A stretch of DNA of 64,000 nucleotides from an uncultured Actinomycetes bacterium (GCA_963841735.1 CAWJDT010000001.1:960001-1024000), one strand, 5' to 3'; numbered from the stretch's first letter, positions 19,807 through 30,119 are shown. Program-made: numbers and translations. The notes: generated from the sequence alone by a model not told the origin.

Positions 19807-22287
19807 CTATTCCTCGACAGGGGCGTCGCCAGCGGGCTCGCTGACTCTGGGCCGCCGCTTCGCGCCAGAACGGCAGGCGCCTGCCGATGCGCCAGCCGAG
19901 CCCGACGAAGAGCCAGGCGAACACGCAGAATCCGGCGGTCGCGCCGGCGATAGCTCCGCCCGGCAGGTCGAGGGCGAAGAAGTCGCGCGTGAAGGGTATG
20001 ACGAACCCCAGCGCGAGCACTACCACCATGGCGACCACCAGGCCCAGGCGCCAGCCACGCAACGGTCGCTCGATGGCCGCGATCACTCGCCAGCCGACGA
20101 CGCAGAAGATCATCGTCTCCATGGTCTGGGCCTCGTCTACCGACGCCCCCATCTTTCGCAGCACTACATAGGAAAGCAGCAGAGTGATCGGCGGCCAGGA
20201 GCCCGGTGGGAAGTACGAAGCGCGCCACTCGAAAGACGAAGCCGGGGATGAAACGGCGCGGGTTGGGTGCGAGAGCCAAGAAGAAGCCGGGTATGCCGAT
20301 GACCAGACCGTCGATGATGGTGAGATGGCGGGGCAGGATGGGGTAGTCGATGGCAAGTGCAGCGACGGAGATGGCCAGGAGGGCCGCCCACACGCTCTTG
20401 GTGGTGAACAAGTTCGCCACCCTCTCGATGTTGGCCGTGACCCGCCTCCCCTCGGCCACCACACCGGGCAGGGTCGAGAAGCGCGAATCGACCAGCACCA
20501 GTTGCGACACGGCCCGGGCGGCCGCGGTGCCGGTGCCCATGGCGATGCCCATGTCGGCCTTCTTGAGGGCGAGCACGTCGTTGACCCCGTCACCGGTCAT
20601 GGCTACGACGTGGCCCCGGCTTTGCAGAGCCTCGACCATGGCCGCCTTCTGGTCGGGGTTCACCCGGCCGAAGACGGTGGTGGTCTCCATGATCTCCGCC
20701 AGCTCCTCGCCCTCGGGGAGCGAGCGGGCGTCGACGGCCTTCTCTGCCCCGGGGACCCCCGCCTTGGCGGCGATGGTGGCCACGGTAGCCGGATTGTCGC
20801 CGGAGATGACCTTGATCTGCACGCCCTGTTCCCGGAAGTAGGCCAGAGTCTGGGGAGCGTCGGAGCGGACCCGCTCGCTCAGTATCACCAGGCCGGCCGG
20901 CTCTAGGCCCTCGGGCAGGACCTCGCCCCGGAGCGGCGCTTCGGTGTGGGAGAGCAGCAGCACCCGCAGCCCCTCGTCGGCCAGAGTGGCGGCTTGGGCG
21001 CGAGCGTGTGCGGCTGGGACATCGGCGGGGTCTTCTGTCGCCACGATCTCCGGTGCCCCGAGTACCCAGGATCCGCGGCCGGCTATGCGCGTCGCGCTCC
21101 ACTTGCGGGCCGACGAGAACGGCACCGCGTCGTCGACGGTCCACCCGGCCGGCGCCGGCAACATCTTGGCGATGGCGTCAAAGGTGGAGTTGCGGCCGGC
21201 GGCGCTCGCCGCCATGGAACCGAGGACCTCCAGCGCGAGGGTCTCGTCGACCGGGGTCGGTGTCAGCCGCGGCGCCGTCCGCTCCGCGAGACGGGGTGCC
21301 GACCGAGCGCGAGCGGTTCGAACCGCTCAAAGGCCGGATGCGGCTCGGTGATGGTGCCGGTCTTGTCGATGCAGAGCACGTCCACCCTGGCCAGGCCTTC
21401 CACCGCGGGCAACTCGCTGGTGAGGACCTTGCGCCGCGCCAGGGTCATGGCCGACACGGCGAAGGCTATGCTGGTCAGGAGCACCAGGCCCTGCGGCACC
21501 ATCGCCACCAGCGCCGCCACCGTGTTGTTGACACCTTGCGCCATGTCGGCTCCCATGCGGAACTGCGCCCACACCAAGAAGGCGCCCACCGGGACGATGC
21601 CGATGCCGATCACCCGCAGGATGTCGTTGATGCCGGCCACCAGGTCGGAGCGCAGACGCACGTAGCGTTTGCCCTCGCCCGTCAAGCGCTGCGCGTACGA
21701 GTCGGCACCAACGGCGGTGGCGCGAACACCCCGCTCCCCGCCACCACGAAGCTGCCCGAAAGCAGACGGTCCCCCGGCTCCTTGATGACCGGCAGCGACT
21801 CGCCGGTGAGCAGCGATTCGTCCACTTCCAGGCTGCGAGACTCCAGGGTCTCGCCGTCGGCCACTACCTGGTCTCCGGCCGAAAGGCGGACGACGTCGTC
21901 CAGCACGACCGCGGCCACTGGAATCTCCTGGTCTCTGCCGTCTCGGATCACCTTGGCCGCAGGGGCTGTCAGCACCGCCAGCCGGTCGAGGGCCATCTTG
22001 GCCCGCATCTCCTGGACGATGCCGATACAGGCATTGATGACGATGATGCTGCCGAACAGACCGTCCTGCCACGAGCCGAACACCATCACGGCGACGAACA
22101 GGACGCTTAGAATGAGGTTGAACCAGGTGAAGACGTTGCTGCGGACGATGTCCCAGACACTGCGGCCGGCAGCCCGGGGGGCGGCATTGGTTTGGCCGGC
22201 GGCCTGCCGTTCACGGACAGCGGTGGAGGTGAGTCCCGTCAAGACCGAGCCGCTGTCTTCCGTGGTCTGCGTTGCCTCTATATTCAA
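19807..22287 (-). CDS. Cation-translocating P-type ATPase (CtpE-like; multiple frameshifts; stop approximate)
   Basis: DESLLTGES, PQGLVLL, DKTGTIT phosphorylation motif, ISGDN, MTGDGVNDVLALKKAD distributed over at least four frames. Confidence 0.9.
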
Positions 22288-22540
22288 GGAGTCCTCCTAC
22301 TTGAGGGATATGCGGGCCCGCCGCCGAGCACACCCGCTAGAGGGTACCATCTGGCGTAGGCAGGTCCATGACGAGGAAGACCCCCACATGATCTGCGCAG
22401 ACCGCACGCCGGCACGTCGTCCAGAGAGCCTCATCTGGACTCAGCACGAGCGCGGGGCCTGGGCGTATGTCGCCAACTGGGGTCTTTCTGAAGGCGCACC
22501 GACGGATGTAAACCGCCTGGCCCGGCTCAGGCGTATTAAC

Positions 22541-23200
22541 ATGTGGAGTAGCGTTCACTCAAGGGTCTGGGGGCTGGTGGACCGGCTAGCGACAGTGGGG
22601 GATAGGTTCGGGGCTCCGGACGACGAGGTTAGCGCGGCCGCGTCAGTCCGGGTAGCTGCGGGCGTCAATGCCGCGGCCGCCGCATCTGTCGATGGCGCCG
22701 CGGCTGCCCCTATCCGTCGCCTAGAGCAGATCGTGAGAGAGCAGTCGGTCCCCCTTGCGCGGGCGTTGGCACTGGTGGTGCTCGACCGGCAGGTGGCCGC
22801 CGACATCGCCCAGGAGACCTTCTTGCGGCTCTACATGCATTGGGACGAGGTTGCGAAACACCCGGACCTCACCGCGTGGCTATACCGAGTTGCTTTCAAT
22901 AGGGCCAAGGACCACCGGCGGGCACTGGCTCGGGCTGCCCGCACCTTGGAGCGCCTGAAGGCCGGTGCGGCAGCCCATGCGACTCAGGTTGGGAGCGCGC
23001 CGCCGTGGGAACCCGACCCGGACTTCATAGGCGTGTTTCGAAGTCTCCCGAGGCAGCAGCGGACGGCGGTGGTGTTGCACTACGTGGGTGATCTCACGGT
23101 GTCGCAAACGGCACGAGTAATGAGGATCTCGGAGGGGGCCGCAAAGAGTCACCTCCACCGGGCGCATCAAACGCTCAGGGAACTCTTGGAGGGAATGTGA
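22541..23200 (+). CDS. ECF-type RNA polymerase sigma factor
   Basis: AADIAQETFLRL, WLYRVAFN (region 2); LPRQQRTAVVLHY..EGAAKSHLHRA (region 4). Start approximate. Confidence 0.88.
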   Translation: MWSSVHSRVWGLVDRLATVGDRFGAPDDEVSAAASVRVAAGVNAAAAASVDGAAAAPIRRLEQIVREQSVPLARALALVVLDRQVAADIAQETFLRLYMHWDEVAKHPDLTAWLYRVAFNRAKDHRRALARAARTLERLKAGAAAHATQVGSAPPWEPDPDFIGVFRSLPRQQRTAVVLHYVGDLTVSQTARVMRISEGAAKSHLHRAHQTLRELLEGM

Positions 23201-24924
23201 TGGAAGACCATTCCACAGACGAGCATGTCACAGACGCGGACGTTCGGGCACTGTGCGGGCGGAACGCACCGCGATTCACCAGCGACGAGATATGGGAGGG
23301 TGTGCGCGCCCGGGTCGCGGGTGAGACAAAGGCATCTCGTACCCGCCATAGCGATCGGAGAAAGCTCGTCCGGGTCGTAGCGCTCGCGACGGCCGGGGTC
23401 GCCCTGGCCGGCGGGATTGTTCTCGGCGTCTACGAAGCGGTGGGGCATTTGAGCGGACCAGGAAAGATCCTCCTGATAGGCGACGACACGACCGGTCTAC
23501 CGACGGCCGAGACAGGAAGGCCCCTCCTGGCTGAGCTCACAGGTGCCTTCCCAGACGACATCGCCTCAGCCGGCTCGATCATCCATTCGCGCGCCGTGAT
23601 CACTCGCGCCGGGCAGCCGTTCTCGGTGGTCTTCGACCTCTGGTGGGAAGTCTCGTCTGGTCGCTACCGCCTTGAGCGAAGGTTCGGCCCCTCAGCGGTA
23701 CCGGCTGAGGCGCAGGTGTTCACCGGCGGCCGGCTGATGGGGTTCGTGGCCACGGGGTTCAGCCGGCGTGCTTTCGACTGGACCATCTCGGCGTACAAGG
23801 ACTTCCGCGCGGAATACCAGAGCCGAGACTGGACTGCGGAAGAGATGGGCGCGAAGTCGTTCCATGTCAACCCGAGATCGTTCGCCGTCGATCCGGTTGC
23901 GGTCGCCGAGATGGAATCGGCTCGTGTGGTTGAGGCCGCAAGGCTTGTGGCCACCGGGGCGCTACGCGAGGTGGCACGTGACGAGAGCGACGGGCGCGTC
24001 TTCATAGGGTACTGGGGTGCCGCGTCCACTCCCGAAGGGGGAACGGAGCAGACAGACTCGGCGCCTGAGCGGGAGATCCGAGTGGACGAGCGCACCGGGC
24101 TCGTGGTCGAGGAGTCGATAGTCGAGCAGGGTGAGGCGGTCTACCACGTATCTCGAGGGTACGAGACGGTCGACAGCGAAGCGTTCGAGAGCCTGATGAA
24201 GCTTGCCATCCCGTCCGACTACAGCGTCTACACCGACTCCGACATCGCTCCGGGGAGTTCGCTCGCTGAGAAGGCGATGGGGCCGGAGGCCTGCTTGACC
24301 GCGCTCTCCGACCTGAGCGGATGGCTGCCCTTCCCGCTCTACTGGTTGGGGGAGAGTTACACGGGCACCGATGGTCGGCGGTTGCTGATCGGCAATGTGG
24401 AATCCAACGCACCATACGAGTACTGGACCAGCCTCTCGCCCGCGATGGAAGACATCGGGGGCTTGGGTGGCGATCCCGCGGTTGCACCTCTCGGTTGCGG
24501 AATCGGCTACCCGCTTGAGGCTTCGGCCGAGCAGGCCTTCCTCGAGGAACCGCTCCCACAAGCTACGGAACATTTCGGTCTCAGTCTGTTGGAGCAGGGC
24601 TCGGTGCCGGTGCCCGGCCAGACAGGCGTCTACCCGTTCGTCTCCGACTTGGAGGGGCGGCAGGGGAGCCGAGATATCGAGGTGGACGGCAGGACCGACA
24701 CCCTCCACGTGATGGATACCTCCGGCATGGGAGTGCGATACCTCCACTACTTGGCCCGTCGAGGGGCCGCTACCATCTTGGTAGCGTCCTTGACTACTAT
24801 GCTGTCCGCGTCCCAGTCCGATCTGGCCACGCAGCGCTTGATTGCGGCGGGCGCAGCGCTGCACCCGTTTGATCGCACGGAACAGTCCGGCTCCACACCG
24901 GCAGGTGCAGCTTCGGGGCGGTGA
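23197..24924 (+). CDS. Putative membrane-anchored anti-sigma factor with a large extracytoplasmic domain
   Basis: GTGA overlap with the sigma gene; short cytoplasmic N-terminus, single TM, then a LolA-like segment (IRVDERTGLVVE) and PFPLYWLG. Confidence 0.6.
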   Translation: MMEDHSTDEHVTDADVRALCGRNAPRFTSDEIWEGVRARVAGETKASRTRHSDRRKLVRVVALATAGVALAGGIVLGVYEAVGHLSGPGKILLIGDDTTGLPTAETGRPLLAELTGAFPDDIASAGSIIHSRAVITRAGQPFSVVFDLWWEVSSGRYRLERRFGPSAVPAEAQVFTGGRLMGFVATGFSRRAFDWTISAYKDFRAEYQSRDWTAEEMGAKSFHVNPRSFAVDPVAVAEMESARVVEAARLVATGALREVARDESDGRVFIGYWGAASTPEGGTEQTDSAPEREIRVDERTGLVVEESIVEQGEAVYHVSRGYETVDSEAFESLMKLAIPSDYSVYTDSDIAPGSSLAEKAMGPEACLTALSDLSGWLPFPLYWLGESYTGTDGRRLLIGNVESNAPYEYWTSLSPAMEDIGGLGGDPAVAPLGCGIGYPLEASAEQAFLEEPLPQATEHFGLSLLEQGSVPVPGQTGVYPFVSDLEGRQGSRDIEVDGRTDTLHVMDTSGMGVRYLHYLARRGAATILVASLTTMLSASQSDLATQRLIAAGAALHPFDRTEQSGSTPAGAASGR

Positions 24925-25005
24925 AATCGAACTCGGGCTTCATGTAGCCCGCGATCAGAGTGAGCACCGCCGACGGCTCGTCGCCGCGGGCGGGGGGATG
25001 TTCGG

Positions 25006-25467
25006 CTAGAGACCCAAGCCCCTCGAGAAGCGGCGGGCCCGTTCGCTCTGGTCGCCCTCCCGGCCGGTGATGTCCAGGTGGAACCAGCGCCGGCGCTGAG
25101 CGACGGCCACCGCTTCGTCCAGCAACTGCCGCTCTATGTCCTGGCCCCTATACTCGGGCCGCACGTACATCTCGTCGATGACCCCGTATTCGCCGCCGGC
25201 GTAGAGGGCGAAGCTCTGAGTCATGGTGAGGACCCCCACCGCCACGCCGTTGGGGTCTTTGGCTAGGACGGCCAGCAGCCGACCGGGTCCTTCTCTCAGC
25301 CCTTGCTCGGTGTCCAGGTTTCTCCGGATGTCCGCATGGAGTTTCTCGCGGCTGACCCAAGGGATCTTCACTCCCTCGTCTTCCAGCTCCATGAGCAATT
25401 CCTCGATGAGCTCGAGGATGGCGTAGACCTCATGCGGCTGAGCTACTTCTATGCTGAGTTCGGTCAT
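25006..25467 (-). CDS. GNAT family N-acetyltransferase
   Basis: GVIDEMYVRPEYRGQDIERQLL (degenerate motif A). Confidence 0.8.
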   Translation of the reverse strand: MTELSIEVAQPHEVYAILELIEELLMELEDEGVKIPWVSREKLHADIRRNLDTEQGLREGPGRLLAVLAKDPNGVAVGVLTMTQSFALYAGGEYGVIDEMYVRPEYRGQDIERQLLDEAVAVAQRRRWFHLDITGREGDQSERARRFSRGLGL

Positions 25468-25560
25468 GGTATCTATGCTAGCACCTAGCCGGGCGACCCC
25501 GTGAGGGCACCGCCCGGCGCTGAGTGCTGAAGGAAGCGGGACCGGCTGTCGCCGGCGGGG

Positions 25561-26532
25561 TTAGAGGCCGGTCGGCGGTTCGACGTGGACGTCGGCCCCG
25601 TAGTCGTAGAGATCCAAGGTCGTGAGAGTGCGGAAGTCCCCGGCGTTGTTTGTCAGCCAGTCATCGGGGGCAGAGTCCTCGGGGTTCTCGAGCATTTGAT
25701 CGATCGTCCAGCGGACAATTACTCCATCCGACACCCATACGTCCACAGTGAACCGCTCGTGCTCGGCTCCGGCTCTCTCGAGACCGAACCATCCCAGCAC
25801 GGACTTTGGAAGCTGCGCGAGGGGGCCACTTCCGCCCATGGTGTCCACCTGGTCAAGGCGGTAGTGGGTGGCCGGCTGGTCGCGCACCTCTTCGGATGCT
25901 ACCTCGACGACGCTTGCGTCCGCGAGCGCGGCTTCTAGGATAGTCCTTGAGGCCTCAGCGAAGGGAGCGAGGCGCTCTTCCTCGGGGTAGGAGAGTTCAG
26001 AGGTCGTGCCGTCAGGTTTCGTACCCCACATGTGGCCTTCCCCCATGACGAACGAGGAGTAGTCCGATGAGGAATATCCGGCTGGCGTGTCACCCTCTAT
26101 CACCTGTATGTAGTCCCCGTCCACTGCCAACGTGGTGGTCCACTCACTGGTGCTGAGTTCGCCACTCTGGATGCACGAGTAGTCTCGCTCGACTCTCGTG
26201 CCCCTCAGGGTGGTCGCGTTACCGAGATTCGTGGCGGCCTCGGCGAGCGCCGCCTGTGGGGTTAGGGAGTGTTGGGGTTGGGCGAGGACGATGGCGACGG
26301 CCACCGCGGCTACTACTACCACGGCAGCGGCGGCGACCAAGAGGCGCTGCCTGAATCGGAGCCGGGCGGGTGGACGATGGGCAGGGGCGGTCGAACCGGG
26401 GTCTTGGGCAGTGCTCATGGCGGCCTCCAATATCGAGTGATAGCGGCGCGACCCCTTAGCCGGTTCCGGATCGGTCCTGGTAGGGTCGATCTCGGAGAGG
26501 CACTCTAGAAGATTGTCACTACGATCGCTCAT
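25561..26532 (-). CDS. Putative anti-sigma factor with an LppX/LolA-like extracellular domain
   Basis: Overlaps the sigma gene end; single TM (LLVAAAAVVVVAAVAVAIVL); EEVRDQPATHYR, VDVWV.DG, YDYGADVHVEPP. Confidence 0.6.
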   Translation of the reverse strand: MSDRSDNLLECLSEIDPTRTDPEPAKGSRRYHSILEAAMSTAQDPGSTAPAHRPPARLRFRQRLLVAAAAVVVVAAVAVAIVLAQPQHSLTPQAALAEAATNLGNATTLRGTRVERDYSCIQSGELSTSEWTTTLAVDGDYIQVIEGDTPAGYSSSDYSSFVMGEGHMWGTKPDGTTSELSYPEEERLAPFAEASRTILEAALADASVVEVASEEVRDQPATHYRLDQVDTMGGSGPLAQLPKSVLGWFGLERAGAEHERFTVDVWVSDGVIVRWTIDQMLENPEDSAPDDWLTNNAGDFRTLTTLDLYDYGADVHVEPPTGL

Positions 26533-27109
26533 GACATTGCTCCCGTGCTCCAAGGGGTTCTACCGCTACATGTCCTTTTGCGGCCGGTTCTTTCCACCCC
26601 AACTCCGCGGCCAGCCGGCGCCGCGCTTTGTAGAGACGCAGTGAAACGGCATTGGGAGTGCAGTGAAGCAGGATGGCAATATCGCTTACCGGCAGATCGT
26701 CCCAGGCTCGCATCATGAGGAGTTCGCGATCTTCCTCTGACAGAGCGGCCAGAGCGTCGCGCAGGCGACCGTCGGCTTCCGGTACCCCGCCGTCCGCCGG
26801 ACCCACACCGGGTTCTCGGGCCATTTGAGCCCAGAGGCGAGCCTGCCGGCCCACGGTGCGCCGATGGTTGGCGAGCACTCGGCGGGCTACGCCGAATAGC
26901 CAGAGCCGGGCTTGGTCGGTAGGGAGATCTTCCCGCCGGCGCCAGGCAATGGCGAATACCTCGGCGGAGATATCGTCGGCGTCGGCGCTGCATGCGCAGC
27001 GCCGACGCGCAAAACACCAGACATCGCGGAAGTGGGCGTCGAAAACAGCCCGGAACTCCCGCTCCCCCGTCGAAGCCTCCCGCGTGATCGATGATCGGGC
27101 CATAGCCAT
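26519..27109 (-). CDS. ECF-type RNA polymerase sigma factor
   Basis: DADDISAEVFAIAWRR, RLWLFGVARRVLANHRR, LSEEDRELL, RLYKARRRL. Confidence 0.92.
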   Translation of the reverse strand: MAMARSSITREASTGEREFRAVFDAHFRDVWCFARRRCACSADADDISAEVFAIAWRRREDLPTDQARLWLFGVARRVLANHRRTVGRQARLWAQMAREPGVGPADGGVPEADGRLRDALAALSEEDRELLMMRAWDDLPVSDIAILLHCTPNAVSLRLYKARRRLAAELGWKEPAAKGHVAVEPLGAREQCHERS

Positions 27110-27162
27110 ATTATGTCCGGCTTGGCCCGAATCTTTCCGGCGCGTATGGCCGGGAGCGACTG

Positions 27163-28386
27163 CTACCTGCTGCGCCTGCGCGCGCTGCCGTTGTAGACCA
27201 AGCGGGGTTTGAGCTTGGTGGCAGTGCGGTCCGGGCTGGGGATGAGCCGCTGCATGTAGGCGAAGCCCTCCAGGTCACGGCAGGGAAGGGTCTGCCCAAG
27301 CATGACCTCGATCTCCCGCAACTCGCCGGCCTGCTCAGCCGCCAGGAAGCTGATGGCGTGGCCGGAAGCGCCCGCGCGGGCGGTGCGGCCAATGCGGTGA
27401 ACGTAGTCCTCGGCCTGCGAGGGCAGGTCGTAATTGATGACGTGAGAGATGCTGTCGACGTCGATGCCGCGCGACACGATGTCGGTGGCTACCAGCACGC
27501 GGTAGGTGCCGTTCTTGAAGCCGTCGAGAGCGTGCTGACGCTGCGACTGGCTGCGGTTTGAGTGGATGGCGGTGCCTTTGATGCGGTTGCGCTCCAGATG
27601 GTGGCAGACTCGGTCGGCCCTATGTTTGGTGCGGGTGAAGACGAGCACTCGGTCGAGCTTCTCCTCTTCGAGCAGGCGGACGAGCAGGTCGGTCTTCTGG
27701 GTCTCGGCCACTGGGTAGATGGTCTGAGTGATGGACTCGATCGGAGTGGCGCTGGGGGCCACCTCCACCTTGACGGGATCGGTCAGCGTCGGTCCGGCGA
27801 CACGCAGGACGTCCCTGGACAGCGTCGCCGAGAAGAGCATGTTCTGGCGCTTGGTAGGCAGCAGTGCAAGGATCCGGCGCACATCGGGCCAAAAACCCAT
27901 GTCGAGCATGCGGTCGGCCTCGTCCAGCACCAGTATGCCCACGTGGGAGAGGTCGATGTTCCCGCGCTGTTGCAGGTCGAGCAGGCGACCGGGAGTCGCC
28001 ACCAGAAGGTCGACCCCTCTGCGCAGTTTTCTAAGCTGGGGTTCGTAGCCCACGCCTCCGTACACGGCCGCGATGCGCTGGCCGGTGTACTTAGAGCAGT
28101 CGCGTGCCACTTCTTCGATCTGGCCGGCGAGCTCTCGTGTGGGGGTGACCACCAGGGTACCGATGTACCGGGAGGCACGGGGGTCGGTGCGGGCACCCAT
28201 GACCTGCAAGGCAGGTAGGATGAAGGCGGCAGTCTTGCCGGTGCCGGTTTGGGCGCATCCCAAGAGATCGCGCCCGGCGAGCGCAAAGGGGATGGACTGT
28301 GCTTGGATGGGGGTGGGTTCTGTGTAGCCGAGGCTTTCGACAGCCTTCAGTAGGCCTGGTGTCAGGCCGAGTTCGGCAAACGTCAT
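27163..28386 (-). CDS. DEAD-box RNA helicase (RhlE-like)
   Basis: PTPIQ, AQTGTGKT, PTRELA, TPGRL, DEAD, SAT, RGID, HRIGRTAR. Confidence 0.97.
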   Translation of the reverse strand: MTFAELGLTPGLLKAVESLGYTEPTPIQAQSIPFALAGRDLLGCAQTGTGKTAAFILPALQVMGARTDPRASRYIGTLVVTPTRELAGQIEEVARDCSKYTGQRIAAVYGGVGYEPQLRKLRRGVDLLVATPGRLLDLQQRGNIDLSHVGILVLDEADRMLDMGFWPDVRRILALLPTKRQNMLFSATLSRDVLRVAGPTLTDPVKVEVAPSATPIESITQTIYPVAETQKTDLLVRLLEEEKLDRVLVFTRTKHRADRVCHHLERNRIKGTAIHSNRSQSQRQHALDGFKNGTYRVLVATDIVSRGIDVDSISHVINYDLPSQAEDYVHRIGRTARAGASGHAISFLAAEQAGELREIEVMLGQTLPCRDLEGFAYMQRLIPSPDRTATKLKPRLVYNGSARRRSR

Positions 28387-28659
28387 ATGTTAATAGCTCC
28401 TTGCCGTGCGTCTCAAAAGATGCACTGCGGTCATAGACGCAGTTGATCCATTTGAGCGTTCGACAAAAGAGCGCGGGACAACAACGTCTGTAATATTGTT
28501 CGCTGAGTATACAGCATGTATGCAGCCGCGGCGAATAGGCGCCGGCAAGAGACATGCAGCCCCAGCGGAAGGACACTAGCATCTGCCGGGGAAAGAGCAT
28601 AGGCTAAGCATACGCGTGCACCGGCGTCAGCCGGTCACTTCCGGACGGAGGGGAACATC

Positions 28660-29364
28660 ATGAGGGTACCATCAAGACATGGGTACTCGGGAGCGATAGC
28701 AGCCATACTCATCTTGGTGGTGGCCGTGGTGGCCGTGGTGGCCGTGGTGGCCGTGGTGGCCGTGGTGGGTGCGGCCTGCGACGATTTGGGCGGCCCCGAT
28801 AGCACGAGCACTGCACCGACCACCAGCGCGCTCACCACCAGCGATGCGTTTGAGACCACAACCTCCGTGGGCCCGCCCACGACTATGGGTGTTTCCACAA
28901 CCGCGACGTCGCCCGGCGACACAACCACCACGGAGCCTCTCCCCAGCTCCGAGGAGATCCTGCACACCGGGAATATCGCCGCTACATGCCGCATGGTCGC
29001 GGCGGTCGAATACGGCGTACGTAGCATCAGCGTCGACTACATCGACTTTCTCACCGGCGACGCGGCTAGGGACGCGGCTATCGCCGCCGGCGAGTTGGGC
29101 CCCGGCGAGGATCTGCCCAACGACTACTACATCAGTAACAGCAATCCGAAGATCCGGGACTTCGAGGTCTCCGACTCGGTGGTCATAACTACCACAAGCC
29201 GCGGCGGTGGCCCGGACGAGCCCGCCACCTGGGCTGAGTTCATGACTTGGTTCAGTCCCTCGCCGCCGCAGGGCACGGCGCACCTTCGCGATATGCCCTG
29301 GGTGATAGAGCGCGAGGCCGGCACTGATCTGGTAGTGAGGATCGACGAGAAGTACATCCCTTAG
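28660..29364 (+). CDS. Putative lipoprotein with a Thr-rich linker and an uncharacterised C-terminal domain
   Basis: Hydrophobic signal ending GAAC; Thr/Ser linker; domain DYIDFLTG..NDYYISN shared with the next gene. Confidence 0.75.
   Translation: MRVPSRHGYSGAIAAILILVVAVVAVVAVVAVVAVVGAACDDLGGPDSTSTAPTTSALTTSDAFETTTSVGPPTTMGVSTTATSPGDTTTTEPLPSSEEILHTGNIAATCRMVAAVEYGVRSISVDYIDFLTGDAARDAAIAAGELGPGEDLPNDYYISNSNPKIRDFEVSDSVVITTTSRGGGPDEPATWAEFMTWFSPSPPQGTAHLRDMPWVIEREAGTDLVVRIDEKYIP
28717..28767 (+). repeat. 9-bp in-frame tandem repeat (GTGGTGGCC)x5.7 encoding (VVA)5VV
   Basis: Read directly from the sequence; lies inside the signal peptide. Confidence 0.95.
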
Positions 29365-29417
29365 ATAGCGATTGGGCCGACGATGCGAGCAGATCATCCG
29401 AGACTGGAGGTATCAGC

Positions 29418-30119
29418 ATGAAAACGACACTGCATCGCAGGTATTGGAGCTTGGTGGCGGCCGTATCCACTTTGTTGGTCATCGGAACGGCTGTGAGCTG
29501 CTCGGACCTCCCCGGCACCGAAACCACCGCGGGGGGGGACACAACCATTGTCGGTGACACCACCACCCTGGGGGTGGGCGACACGACCACGGAAGCCGTG
29601 ACCACGACCACACTCGTCCCCTCCACCACCCTTGCTCCTACTACCACCTTGCTTCCCGCTACGACCACGACCACCGAACATCTTTCCACCTCTGAAGAGA
29701 GGCTGCCGAGCGGCCACATCAAGGCCTTGGGCTTCATAAAGGATGTGTGGGTGGACGCCAGCGGGCGGCACTTGAAGATCGACTACGTGGACATCATCTC
29801 AGGCGAGGCAGCGGCGACCGCCGCGGCGATCGAGGATGGCGTCATCTTGCCGGGAGAGACCTGGGACGCGGAATTCTACGTCAACAACGACAACCCGTTT
29901 ATCCGCCCGTTCAGCATCTCCAATTCGGTCGAGATATACACTCAGTTCCGGGACCACATGGTGAACCTGGACGGAGAACCTTGCACTTGGAACGATTTCC
30001 TGAGCTTCTGGGCGCCTGGGCCCCTGTTAGAGGGTGACTCCCATCTGCCCGACTCGCTGTGGTGGATCGAGCGCGATGGTAATACCGTCGTCTGGACTAT
30101 GCAGATGTTCACGCCGTAG
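29418..30119 (+). CDS. Putative lipoprotein, paralog of 28660-29364
   Basis: Lipobox AVSC, Thr-rich linker, SEE.L..GHI.A, DYVDIISG, FYVNNDNP, TW.DF, WWIER; RBS GGAGG. Confidence 0.8.
   Translation: MKTTLHRRYWSLVAAVSTLLVIGTAVSCSDLPGTETTAGGDTTIVGDTTTLGVGDTTTEAVTTTTLVPSTTLAPTTTLLPATTTTTEHLSTSEERLPSGHIKALGFIKDVWVDASGRHLKIDYVDIISGEAAATAAAIEDGVILPGETWDAEFYVNNDNPFIRPFSISNSVEIYTQFRDHMVNLDGEPCTWNDFLSFWAPGPLLEGDSHLPDSLWWIERDGNTVVWTMQMFTP

Noticed and set aside
16013-22287. Calling gnd, pgl, zwf and the P-type ATPase pseudogenes or programmed frameshifts
   Set aside because: The indels are numerous, regionally clustered and lack slippery motifs, and active sites are intact. Sequencing error is the simpler explanation.
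21008-23200. 730-aa ORF as a giant sigma-factor fusion
   Set aside because: Most of its 5' portion is antisense to the P-type ATPase; only ~22541-23200 has sigma motifs.
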